This document shows positions 10,429-19,526 of a stretch of 64,000 nt of DNA, piece by piece. A program made the position numbers and the translations under genes. Numbering within the stretch: position 1 is the stretch's first letter; the number at the start of each line of letters is the position of its first letter. Below the pieces are notes generated by a model, which had not been told where the DNA came from, did not search any database, and was given only the letters and a program-made list of their open reading frames with translations. This stretch comes from Deferribacterales bacterium (lineage in GTDB: Bacteria > Chrysiogenota > Deferribacteres > Deferribacterales > Geovibrionaceae). Location of the stretch: assembly GCA_050251875.1 (NCBI GenBank), contig JBFWMA010000003.1:200436-264435 (forward strand). The letters are read 5' to 3'.

Positions 10429-11708
10429 CAACATTCAAACAGGTAAAAAGCCTGAAAGGCACAGTCCGTGTGCCTTCAGATAAATCTATCAGCCACAGGT
10501 CGTTCATGTTTCTGTCTATGGCAAAGGGCAGAGGCAGGATCATAGACCCCCTGCTCTCCGCCGATACTAAAGCCACAATGGCGGCTATGCAGTCGGTGGG
10601 TGTGCAGTTCGAGGAGACAGTGGACGGATTCGTGGTGACATCCGAAGGGTATAAAAACTTCAGAGAGCCCGACAACGTTATCGACTGTATGAACTCCGGA
10701 ACCACAGCCAGACTGCTTTCCGGCGTGTTTGCCCCTTCCGGTAAATACGTTGTTCTGACAGGAGACGCCTCCCTGCGCAAGCGCCCCATGGACAGGGTTA
10801 TTCAGCCTCTGTCTGCCATGGGTGTTCAGTTCGCCGCCAGAAACAACGGAAGCCTGCTTCCCATGACTATACTGCCGTCCAAGACCCATCCGGCGGATAT
10901 CATCGCCACAGCCAAAAGCGCCCAGGTAAAGAGCGCCGTTCTGCTGGCGGGCATCCAGACCGATGGCGTAACCACCTATACAGAAAAAGCCGTCACCAGA
11001 AACCACACGGAGATAATGCTCTCCGCTCTGGGGGCTAATATAAAGACAGAAGGGCTGAAGATAACCGTGGAAGGAGCCGCCGATCTGCGCTCCATGGACA
11101 TAGTCGTTCCCGGTGATTTCTCTTCCGCCGCCTTCTTTCTGGGCGCGGCGCTCATGTTCGAAAACTCCGAGCTGATGCTGGAAAACGTGGGGCTGAACCC
11201 CACCAGAAGCGGAATGCTCACCGTTCTGGAGAATATGGGCGTTAAATATGCTCTGGAGAACGAGAGAGGCGGAGCTGAAAAGCTGGGCGATATCATCATC
11301 AGCTCACAGCCTTTCAAAGGATGCGAAATAGAGGGCGATATCATCGCCAACATCATAGACGAACTTCCCATGATAGCCACGCTGGGGCTTTTCGCCGACA
11401 GTCCTGTTACTATCAGAAACGCTAAGGAACTGAGGGTTAAGGAGAGCGACCGCATTATGGCGACTCTGCACAACCTGAACGCTCTGGGGGCTGAGACAGA
11501 GGAGTTCGAGGACGGGATGAAGATTTATCCCATCAAAAAGGTGAACAGCAAGGCGGAGCTGAAATCTTTTGACGATCACAGAATCGCCATGATAGCCATC
11601 ATGCTGGCAAAACGTTTCGGCGGCGATATCAGCGTGGACAACGTGCACTGCGTGGATGTATCATTTCCTACATTCATGGAGACATTCTCCGCTCTGGAGG
11701 CGAAATGA
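10425..11708 (+). CDS. aroA: EPSP synthase
   Basis: DKSISHR, NSGTTARL, SAQVKSA, RVKESDRI and DHRIAM motifs. Confidence 0.96.
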   Translation: MTTFKQVKSLKGTVRVPSDKSISHRSFMFLSMAKGRGRIIDPLLSADTKATMAAMQSVGVQFEETVDGFVVTSEGYKNFREPDNVIDCMNSGTTARLLSGVFAPSGKYVVLTGDASLRKRPMDRVIQPLSAMGVQFAARNNGSLLPMTILPSKTHPADIIATAKSAQVKSAVLLAGIQTDGVTTYTEKAVTRNHTEIMLSALGANIKTEGLKITVEGAADLRSMDIVVPGDFSSAAFFLGAALMFENSELMLENVGLNPTRSGMLTVLENMGVKYALENERGGAEKLGDIIISSQPFKGCEIEGDIIANIIDELPMIATLGLFADSPVTIRNAKELRVKESDRIMATLHNLNALGAETEEFEDGMKIYPIKKVNSKAELKSFDDHRIAMIAIMLAKRFGGDISVDNVHCVDVSFPTFMETFSALEAK

Positions 11709-12352
11709 TAATAGCGGTAGACGGTCCTGCCGGAAGCGGCAAAAGCACCGTAAGCAAGGTTGTGGCGAAAAATCTGGGGATAACATATCTGGATTCAGGA
11801 GCTCTCTACAGAGCCTGCGCATACATTGGCATCACGCATAATCTGACCGGAGACGCCCTGTGCGACAAGGTATCCCACGCCGTGATGGAGTTCGATACAG
11901 CAGGCAATCTCTTTCTGACGCTGGACGGCAGAACAGACGACATATCGAAGGTGATAAGAACACCCGAGATAGCGGCGAACGTCAGCGCCGTGGCTGCTAT
12001 GGAGAAGATCAGAGCTCAGGTGAACGAGAAGCTGAGATATATGGCATCGAAGACATCAGTCATTATGGACGGACGGGACATAGGCACGTTTGTTTTTCCG
12101 GACGCCGATTATAAATTTTTTCTGGTGGCGTCACCCCGTGAGAGAGCCCGCCGCAGACTGAAAGATTATGAGGCGATGGGACTGACAAAAACCATCGAAG
12201 AGATAGAGCAGGAAATAATCAAAAGAGACAAACTGGACTCCGAACGTGAGCACGCTCCGCTGAAAAAGGCTGAAAATGCCGAAGAAATCGACACTACTGA
12301 CTTGACAATAGAGGAAGTTATATCAATAATAACCGCAAGAGTTAGCGCATAA
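11705..12352 (+). CDS. cmk: Cytidylate kinase
   Basis: DGPAGSGKST, LDSGALYR and DGRDIGT motifs. Confidence 0.96.
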   Translation: MIIAVDGPAGSGKSTVSKVVAKNLGITYLDSGALYRACAYIGITHNLTGDALCDKVSHAVMEFDTAGNLFLTLDGRTDDISKVIRTPEIAANVSAVAAMEKIRAQVNEKLRYMASKTSVIMDGRDIGTFVFPDADYKFFLVASPRERARRRLKDYEAMGLTKTIEEIEQEIIKRDKLDSEREHAPLKKAENAEEIDTTDLTIEEVISIITARVSA

Positions 12353-12369
12353 AAATTTTTGGAGCGCAG

Positions 12370-13218
12370 GTGGAAATTATTATAGCAGACCACGCCGGAT
12401 TCTGTTTCGGGGTGGAAAGAGCCGTAGGTCTGGTCGATGAGACATCGAAAAATAACAAAGATGTCTATACTTTAGGTCCGATCATCCATAATCCGCAGAT
12501 TGTAAAGAAATTCTCTGATCAGGGGGTTGAGGTTTGCGAAGACCCCGAATCTTTTAAAGCCACTGACACTGTTGTGATACGTTCTCACGGTGTTCCAAAA
12601 AAAATTTACGGACAGCTTCAGGAAAAATCTGTTAATATAGTTGATGCTACCTGTCCTTTTGTAAAAAAGGCGCAGAGCTCGGCGCAAAAACTCGGCAAAA
12701 GCGGCGCGACAGTGACCGTTTTCGGGGAGAAGAATCACCCCGAGGTTAAAAGCATTGTCAGTTTTATAGATTCTGAGTTTTTCGTTGTTTCTGACGAGGC
12801 GGATACGATGGAACTGCCGTTCAGAAACAGCTATGCTCTGGTGGCTCAGACCACACAGAACTCGGAATCATTTGACAAAATTGCCGAAATACTTAAAACT
12901 AAGTGTGAGACGCTCACCGTCACAAACACCATATGTAATGCCACCAGCCTGAGACAGGCGTCCGCCATCAATCTGGCGGGTCAGGTGGACGTTATGCTGA
13001 TTATTGGCGGTAAGAACAGCGGAAACACCACAAGATTATATGAGATATGTAAAAGTATCTGCAAAGATACTTACCACATAGAAACAAAAGAGGAACTTGA
13101 TACGGACATCTTTAAGACAAGCCGGAAGGTTGGCATTACAGCCGGCGCCAGTACCCCCGGCTATCTGGTAGACGAAGTAATAGAATTTTTAAAAGAGGTC
13201 GCTAATGAGCAGGATTAA
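12370..13218 (+). CDS. ispH: 4-hydroxy-3-methylbut-2-enyl diphosphate reductase
   Basis: GFCFGV, IIHN, DATCP, TICNAT and GITAGASTP motifs. Confidence 0.96.
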   Translation: MEIIIADHAGFCFGVERAVGLVDETSKNNKDVYTLGPIIHNPQIVKKFSDQGVEVCEDPESFKATDTVVIRSHGVPKKIYGQLQEKSVNIVDATCPFVKKAQSSAQKLGKSGATVTVFGEKNHPEVKSIVSFIDSEFFVVSDEADTMELPFRNSYALVAQTTQNSESFDKIAEILKTKCETLTVTNTICNATSLRQASAINLAGQVDVMLIIGGKNSGNTTRLYEICKSICKDTYHIETKEELDTDIFKTSRKVGITAGASTPGYLVDEVIEFLKEVANEQD

Positions 13219-14896
13219 CGAAAACGGCGGAGACAACATGCGTATGGAAGATTTCGAGGCGATGCTGGAAGAATCTCTTCAGCAGCCCGAAAAGAACTCT
13301 GTCGTGAAAGGAACAGTCGCACAAATCAATGACAGTGATGTCCTTGTAAATATCGGCTACAAAACAGAAGGTATCGTACCCGCAGCCGAGTTTATGAAAG
13401 ACGGAGAGCTGTCTATAAAAGTCGGAGACGAGATTGAGGTTCTCTTTCTCGGGATTTCCGGCGGAGGCGGCTACCTGAAACTCTCCAGAAAGGCCATCGA
13501 AAAAGAGACCGACTGGATAGACGTTGACAACGCTCTTGAGAATAATACTCCCCTGATGGTGAAGATCACTTCCGTCGTGGACAAAGGATTTCTCGGTAAA
13601 TACGGCGAGATAGAGTGCTTCATCCCCGAAAACCACATAGATTTCAAAAACGCCTCCATGAAGCCTGAAGATTATGTCGGTCAGACTTTTGAGTGCAAGG
13701 TTCTGAAATCAAACAAAAAACAGAGATCATTCCTCGCTTCACGCAAGCTGCAGATGATTCAGTCTATCGAAAAAGACAAAAAGAGCTTTTTCGATGGAAT
13801 CAACGAAGGCGATGTGCTGACAGGCAAGGTAAAAACTATAAAACATTACGGCGCTTTCATGAACTTCGGCGCTGTGGACGGTTTCCTGCGCAAGAACAAC
13901 ATAGCCTGGGGCGTTGTGAAGCACCCCAACCAGTATCTGGAAGAGGGCGATGAGCTCTCTGTGAAAGTTCTCTCCATCGACCTTGAGAACGAAAAGCTGG
14001 AAGTCGGTCTGAAACAGATGTCTGAAGATCCCTGGGAAAAATCAGCAGAGAAATATCCCGTGGGTTCAGATGTGAAAGGTGTTGTGGTTGCCAGAAAGAA
14101 CAAAGGCTTCGTAATGGAGATCGAGCAGGGCGTGGACGGATTCATCCCGCTGGAAGAGATTTCATGGCTGAAAAACGCAAAAATAGCTATCGAGCCTAAG
14201 GACGCTGTTGTCGGCAGAGTTCTGGACGTGGACAACGAAAAGAAAAAGCTGATAATATCTCTGAAAGATCTTCAGGAGAACCCCTGGAACTCTCTGAAAA
14301 CAAAACACCCCAAAGATTCCATCGTTACAGGAACTATCAAATCCATCACTGATTTCGGTATTTTTGTGGATTTCGGCGAGTTTCTGGACGGTCTTATCCG
14401 CAAAAAAGACATTTCATGGACAGAAGAGCCCGTTGATCTGAACACTCTCTACAAAGAGGGAGACAGCATCGAGGCGAAAGTCCTGAACATAGATTCTGAA
14501 AGAGAAAGAATCAGCCTCGGTATCAAACAGATGGAAACCAACCCCTGGAGAGAGGTGGGCAAGATGCTCCCCAACGGAAAAGTTGTGGATGTTAAAGTTG
14601 TCGCCGTATCCAAAGAGGGTCTGGAAGTTGAGCTCCCCAGAGAGCTGAAAGGTTTCATCCCTGACAACGAGCTGGATATGGACAGAGTTGACCCCACAGA
14701 AAAATTTGCCGTGGGCGACACAGTGAAAGCCGTGGTTCTGCGTAACGATGCCAGAGAGAAAAAGATTCTGCTCTCCGTGCGCAAATTCATGCATGATTCA
14801 GAAAAACGTGAAGTGAAAGAATACATGAAAAAACTGGAGCAGTCAGACGACAGCAGCTTCAGTCTGGGCAACATACTGAAGGGCAAACTTCAGTAA
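13205..14896 (+). CDS. rpsA: 30S ribosomal protein S1
   Basis: Repeated S1 domains; conserved cmk-ispH-rpsA order. Confidence 0.92.
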   Translation: MSRINENGGDNMRMEDFEAMLEESLQQPEKNSVVKGTVAQINDSDVLVNIGYKTEGIVPAAEFMKDGELSIKVGDEIEVLFLGISGGGGYLKLSRKAIEKETDWIDVDNALENNTPLMVKITSVVDKGFLGKYGEIECFIPENHIDFKNASMKPEDYVGQTFECKVLKSNKKQRSFLASRKLQMIQSIEKDKKSFFDGINEGDVLTGKVKTIKHYGAFMNFGAVDGFLRKNNIAWGVVKHPNQYLEEGDELSVKVLSIDLENEKLEVGLKQMSEDPWEKSAEKYPVGSDVKGVVVARKNKGFVMEIEQGVDGFIPLEEISWLKNAKIAIEPKDAVVGRVLDVDNEKKKLIISLKDLQENPWNSLKTKHPKDSIVTGTIKSITDFGIFVDFGEFLDGLIRKKDISWTEEPVDLNTLYKEGDSIEAKVLNIDSERERISLGIKQMETNPWREVGKMLPNGKVVDVKVVAVSKEGLEVELPRELKGFIPDNELDMDRVDPTEKFAVGDTVKAVVLRNDAREKKILLSVRKFMHDSEKREVKEYMKKLEQSDDSSFSLGNILKGKLQ

Positions 14897-14927
14897 TCTT
14901 TCTCTCACAGTTTAATAAGCGATATAC

Positions 14928-14966
14928 ACGGCGGGGCAGATTCAGATATGGATTGACCCGCCGTAT
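14928..14966 (+). terminator. Hairpin after rpsA (weak terminator or stabiliser)
   Basis: ACGGCGGG...CCCGCCGT stem with only a poor T tract. Confidence 0.35.
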
Positions 14967-14984
14967 CTGTTTACAGGGTGACAT

Positions 14985-15851
14985 ATGAAAAATCTTTTTC
15001 GTTTCTTCGGCAAGGCTTTTCTGTTTTTTCTCGCTTTCGCCATCGTTGTGCGGATAATCTCCGTCATGGGCGGAATGGAAGATGATCTGGTGATGCAGGA
15101 CAGCATCGCTGTGGTGCGTCTGGAAGGGATCATACTGAACACCAGAGATCTGGGAGATGAACTGAAAAAGCTGGATGAGAACGACCGCATAAAAGGCGTG
15201 ATTCTGGAGATAAACTCCCCCGGAGGAGCCATCGCCCCCACAGAAGCTCTCTATCTGCGTCTTCAGAAGATGAAGAAACCGGTCTATGCCGTGATGGAAT
15301 CACTGGCGGCGTCCGGAGGATATTACACCGCAGCCGGATGCGACAGGATATACGCCATGGACACCACCACCACAGGAAGCATCGGCGTTATCATGGAGTT
15401 TTCCAACATTCAGGGGCTTCTGGATAAGATAGGCGTGAAGACTGTTGTGGTTAAGAGCGGAAAGATGAAGGATGTTCCGTCTCCGACACGCCCGATGACT
15501 AAAGAGGAAGAAGAATATCTTCAGGGCAGCATCAACGACTTTTATGAGATGTTCATCAGGGATATTCTGAAAAACAGACCGATAAAAGAGGAAAAACTCA
15601 GGGAAGTAGCTGACGGACGTGTTTTCAGCGGGCGTCAGGCGAAGGAACTGAAGCTGATAGACAAGATAGGCACCAGAGAAGAAGCCGTTGAGGATATGAA
15701 AACAGACCTCGGCATGCCCGATCTGGATGTCCGTGAATATTATGAAGAGGAAAAAGGGCTGGTTCGCCAGCTTCTGAGTCAGGCGAAAAATTTTACATCA
15801 ACCCACATGGCTGACGGTCAGATATATTACCTCTACAGACCGGGCTTATAG
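14985..15851 (+). CDS. sppA: Signal peptide peptidase SppA (36K type)
   Basis: INSPGG, AASGGYY, TGSIGV and ADGRVFSG motifs. Confidence 0.93.
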   Translation: MKNLFRFFGKAFLFFLAFAIVVRIISVMGGMEDDLVMQDSIAVVRLEGIILNTRDLGDELKKLDENDRIKGVILEINSPGGAIAPTEALYLRLQKMKKPVYAVMESLAASGGYYTAAGCDRIYAMDTTTTGSIGVIMEFSNIQGLLDKIGVKTVVVKSGKMKDVPSPTRPMTKEEEEYLQGSINDFYEMFIRDILKNRPIKEEKLREVADGRVFSGRQAKELKLIDKIGTREEAVEDMKTDLGMPDLDVREYYEEEKGLVRQLLSQAKNFTSTHMADGQIYYLYRPGL

Positions 15852-16736
15852 ATGGAACTGAGCCAGCTTAACGCTTTTGCCGTTACCGCCGAGCTGAAAA
15901 ATATGACTAAGGCGGCAGACAGGCTGAATCTGAGCCTGTCCGCTCTGTCCACACAGATAAAATCTCTGGAGGCAGAGCTAGATATCCCTCTCTTTAACCG
16001 GATGGCGAGAGGTGTGGAGCTGACGCCTGAGGGCGCACAGCTTCTGGAATACGCTCTGACGGTGATAGACGCCACAGAGAGCATGAAGCGCCACGCCATG
16101 CGCATGCAGAAAGAGCTTAAAGGCAGCATCACCATCGGCGTGAATACCGACCCGGTGTTTCTGCGCATCACGGATATTAACTCCGCCCTGCTCCACCGTC
16201 TGCCGGACGTTTCTCTGCGGTTTGCCATCAGCGAATCGGGCAAGACCGCGGAAATGCTGAAAAAACGTGAGCTGGATATCGGCTTCGTTTACACCCGTCT
16301 GAACGACAGCGAGGTTCTCTCCGAAAAAATCATTCAGGTAAATATATGTATGGTTGTGTCAAAAGGTCTGCTGAAAGACCCTCAGAACACAAGCTGGGCG
16401 GATCTCTCCAGTCTGCCTATGGTCAGCGGTAGCAGCGACTGTCCGTTTCAGTGGGTGCTGAACACCCAGTCCGAGGAATATAAACAGCCTTCTAAAACAG
16501 TGGTGGCCACTGACGAATATGTTATGATGGAGCTGGTGAAGAACGGTATGGGGCTCTGCATCATGCGTGAGGACAATGCCAGAAAGCTGGAACGTGAGGG
16601 GCATGTGGACGTTCTGGAGGATAAAACGATCTCTATTCCGCTGTGTCTGGCGGTGCTGAGATCCAGAAAGGAAGAACCGCTCATCAGCACGGCTCTGGAG
16701 GCGGTGTATTCTGTTTTTGAGGTGGCTGATGATTAA
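15852..16736 (+). CDS. LysR-family regulator
   Basis: N-terminal HTH TKAADRLNLSLSALSTQIKSLE..L...LFNR. Confidence 0.93.
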   Translation: MELSQLNAFAVTAELKNMTKAADRLNLSLSALSTQIKSLEAELDIPLFNRMARGVELTPEGAQLLEYALTVIDATESMKRHAMRMQKELKGSITIGVNTDPVFLRITDINSALLHRLPDVSLRFAISESGKTAEMLKKRELDIGFVYTRLNDSEVLSEKIIQVNICMVVSKGLLKDPQNTSWADLSSLPMVSGSSDCPFQWVLNTQSEEYKQPSKTVVATDEYVMMELVKNGMGLCIMREDNARKLEREGHVDVLEDKTISIPLCLAVLRSRKEEPLISTALEAVYSVFEVADD

Positions 16737-17484
16737 ATATTTTCTGATAATACTTACCGCTCTGGTCTTTTTCGGATGCGCTCATCAGGGCGACACTGTG
16801 ACGCAGATTTCCACCATAGACGCCCTTCTCGCCGGACACTATGACGGCGCGGAGACTCTGGACGAGATGAAGACTTACGGCGATTTCGGCATAGGCACTT
16901 TCGACAGACTGGAAGGCGAGATGATAGTTCTTAACGGCAGAGTGTATCAGGCGAAAGCGGACGGAAAGATATATGAACCGGAAAAAATGACGACTCCCTT
17001 TGCCTCCGTGTCATTTTTCAAAGCGGATAATACGGCGGATGTAACAGAGCCCGCTGACTATGCGGGGCTGATAAAGACGGCCGACAGTATGGCGCAGGAC
17101 AAGAATATTTTCTGCGCTTTGAAGGCGGAAGGCGTTTTTTCTGTGATGAAGGTGCGCTCCGTTCCGGCACAGAACAAACCTTATCTGCCTCTGGCGGAGG
17201 TGGTTAAAACCCAGTCGGTGTATGAGTATCAGAACATCGAGGGGACTATAGTCGGCTACAGACTGCCGGAATATATCAAAGGGCTTAACGTGGGCGGGTA
17301 CCACCTGCATTTCATAGACAAGGATAAGAAGGTCGGCGGGCATATTCTGGGCTTCACCATGATAAGAGGCAAAGTGTCCGTGGACGAGCAGAACAGGCTT
17401 TTTCTGATACTGCCGAAAGAGGGTCTGAAAGATCTGGATCTGACTAAGGACAGGGCTGAAGAGTTGGAAAGAGTGGAGAAGTAG
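16729..17484 (+). CDS. budA: Alpha-acetolactate decarboxylase with lipoprotein signal
   Basis: QISTIDALL, GDFGIGTF..LEGE, GYHLHF and GGH motifs; N-terminus MIKYFLIILTALVFFGC. Confidence 0.9.
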   Translation: MIKYFLIILTALVFFGCAHQGDTVTQISTIDALLAGHYDGAETLDEMKTYGDFGIGTFDRLEGEMIVLNGRVYQAKADGKIYEPEKMTTPFASVSFFKADNTADVTEPADYAGLIKTADSMAQDKNIFCALKAEGVFSVMKVRSVPAQNKPYLPLAEVVKTQSVYEYQNIEGTIVGYRLPEYIKGLNVGGYHLHFIDKDKKVGGHILGFTMIRGKVSVDEQNRLFLILPKEGLKDLDLTKDRAEELERVEK

Positions 17485-17486
17485 TC

Positions 17487-17672
17487 ATGAAATATGTTGT
17501 GGTTATGGCTATGATGATGGCAGTTCTTTCGGGATGCACAAAACAGGCATGGTATGAGGGGATGAGAACCGGGCACGCAAACGAGTGCGGCAGACTGGAA
17601 GGCGAAGCCAGAGAAAAATGCCTGAAGAACAATGATATGTCTTATGAAAAATACGAAGAGCTGAGAAAATAA
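17487..17672 (+). CDS. Small hypothetical lipoprotein (61 aa)
   Basis: LSGC lipobox after a hydrophobic stretch; GGAG RBS; two further Cys. Confidence 0.75.
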   Translation: MKYVVVMAMMMAVLSGCTKQAWYEGMRTGHANECGRLEGEAREKCLKNNDMSYEKYEELRK

Positions 17673-17683
17673 CTTTTGACAGT

Positions 17684-17722
17684 AAAAAGCCCTATAATCT
17701 TTTGATTAGATTATAGGGCTTT
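17684..17722. terminator. Bidirectional intrinsic terminator
   Basis: 15-bp perfect stem AAAGCCCTATAATCT/AGATTATAGGGCTTT. Confidence 0.85.
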
Positions 17723-17886
17723 AGACGTTGGGTGGTGTCACCTCAAAACCCATTGGAATTTCTCCTTTCCCTAACCTCTCTTACAGATGCGTTTCATTGA
17801 ACTTCTTCCGCTTATACAACTTCCGTCATAAATCTGAGGTTTCGGGGGTTCCATCTTTATTTTAACTGCCTTTTCAGGTCAGCTAT
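17684..17886 (-). ncRNA. Candidate small RNA or small-ORF transcript
   Basis: About 200-nt intergenic stretch ending in the terminator, with a 5' GAAA-capped hairpin, five GGA motifs, and AAGGAG followed by a 10-codon ORF (17721-17753). Confidence 0.35.
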
Positions 17887-18005
17887 AAATGTAATATGTG
17901 TCCTTACGATTATTTCGCAATGGTTTTTTTGACCTCGAAAAATTTTTTTATGTCCAATTACATTCAAACAACATATAATCATATTGTATATTACAGGTGG
18001 TGATG

Positions 18006-19526
18006 ATGTTTTCAAAGGTTTTCAGCGCTCTGGTGAACGGTATAGACGCGGATATAGTCGAGGTGGAGACGGACATATCGTCCGTGGGACTGCCTTCGTT
18101 CAACATGGTGGGGCTCGCCGAAACCGCTGTGAAAGAGAGCCGGGACCGTGTAAAAGCCGCCATGAAAAATATCGGCATCAACATCTTCTCCCATCCCATA
18201 ACAATCAACCTCGCCCCCGCCGACATCAAGAAGGAGGGGACGCATTTCGACCTGCCCATCGCTATTGGTCTTGTGTGTTCCGGAGGCATGCTGAAGGAAG
18301 TGCCGTCTGACTGCCTTTTCGCCGGAGAGCTCTCTCTGGACGGAGGCTTAAGAGGCGTCACCGGGATTCTGCCCATAGCCGCCGGAGCGAAAAAAGCGGG
18401 ATTTACAAAGCTGATAGTGCCGTCGGACAACGCCGATGAGGCAGCAGTGATAGACGGTATAGATGTTTTCGGGTTTGATGATTTTTCATCCGTGCTGAAG
18501 TTCATCACAGACGGATGCGCCGGCTCAGCTCATGTGCTGGACCGAAATAAGATATTTAAGAATAACGATATATACGGTGTGGATTTTTCCGATGTGAAGG
18601 GACAGTTCGCCGCCAGACGGTGCGCCGAGATAGCGGCGGCGGGCATGCACAATCTCTTCATGCTGGGCTCTCCCGGCAGTGGAAAGACCATGATAGCCAG
18701 ACGGATACCGACAATCATGCCGGAGATGACTCTGGAAGAAGCAATAGAAACCACCAAGATACACTCTGTGGCGGGTCTGATCCGCTCCGGTAAAGATCTT
18801 GCGGGATCGAGACCCTTTCTGGCTCCGCACCACACGTCCAGCAACATAGCGCTGATAGGCGGGACAGCTAAGGCGACACCGGGACAGGTGAGCATGGCGT
18901 CCAACGGAGTGCTGTTTTTGGATGAGTTTCTGGAATTCAACAGGAGTGTTCTGGAGACACTGCGCCAGCCTCTGGAAGACAGACATGTGACTATAGCCAG
19001 AGTAGGTAAGACAGTTACATACCCGGCTAATTTTATGCTGGTGGCGGCGGCTAACCCGTGCCCGTGCGGATATCTGGGGGACAAACAGCGTGAGTGCAAA
19101 TGCACCGCTTCGCAGATACAGAAATACAGAGCCAGACTGTCCGGACCTCTGATGGACAGGATAGATCTGCATGTGGAAGTGGCTTCGGTGGATATCTCCG
19201 AGCTGTCCGCCATGAATGACGGCGAATCCTCAGAGGCGGTCAGAGCCAGAGTGGTGATGGCGCACGAGATTCAGAAGAAGAGATTTCACAGCTCAAAGAC
19301 AGGATATAACAGCAGAATGACCGAAAAAGAGGTGAAAAAATTCTGTGTGCCTGACTCTGCCAGCCTGAAAATCTTGGAAACAGCCGCCAGAAAATATTCC
19401 ATGAGCGCCAGAGCCTATACGAAAATATTAAAGACAGCCAGAACCATAGCTGACCTTGATTCATCGGAAGCCATCGGCGCCAAGCATATTCTGGAGGCGC
19501 TTCAGTACAGGCTGATTCAGGAATAA
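18006..19526 (+). CDS. comM: YifB/ComM Mg-chelatase-like AAA ATPase
   Basis: VKESRDRV, GSPGSGKT, PHHTSS, LFLDE, NPCPCG and SGPLMDRID motifs; start could be 18003 or 18006. Confidence 0.93.
   Translation: MFSKVFSALVNGIDADIVEVETDISSVGLPSFNMVGLAETAVKESRDRVKAAMKNIGINIFSHPITINLAPADIKKEGTHFDLPIAIGLVCSGGMLKEVPSDCLFAGELSLDGGLRGVTGILPIAAGAKKAGFTKLIVPSDNADEAAVIDGIDVFGFDDFSSVLKFITDGCAGSAHVLDRNKIFKNNDIYGVDFSDVKGQFAARRCAEIAAAGMHNLFMLGSPGSGKTMIARRIPTIMPEMTLEEAIETTKIHSVAGLIRSGKDLAGSRPFLAPHHTSSNIALIGGTAKATPGQVSMASNGVLFLDEFLEFNRSVLETLRQPLEDRHVTIARVGKTVTYPANFMLVAAANPCPCGYLGDKQRECKCTASQIQKYRARLSGPLMDRIDLHVEVASVDISELSAMNDGESSEAVRARVVMAHEIQKKRFHSSKTGYNSRMTEKEVKKFCVPDSASLKILETAARKYSMSARAYTKILKTARTIADLDSSEAIGAKHILEALQYRLIQE

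Noticed and set aside
17771..17854. 27-codon minus-strand ORF MEPPKPQ... inside the candidate RNA
   Set aside because: No RBS and no recognisable features.
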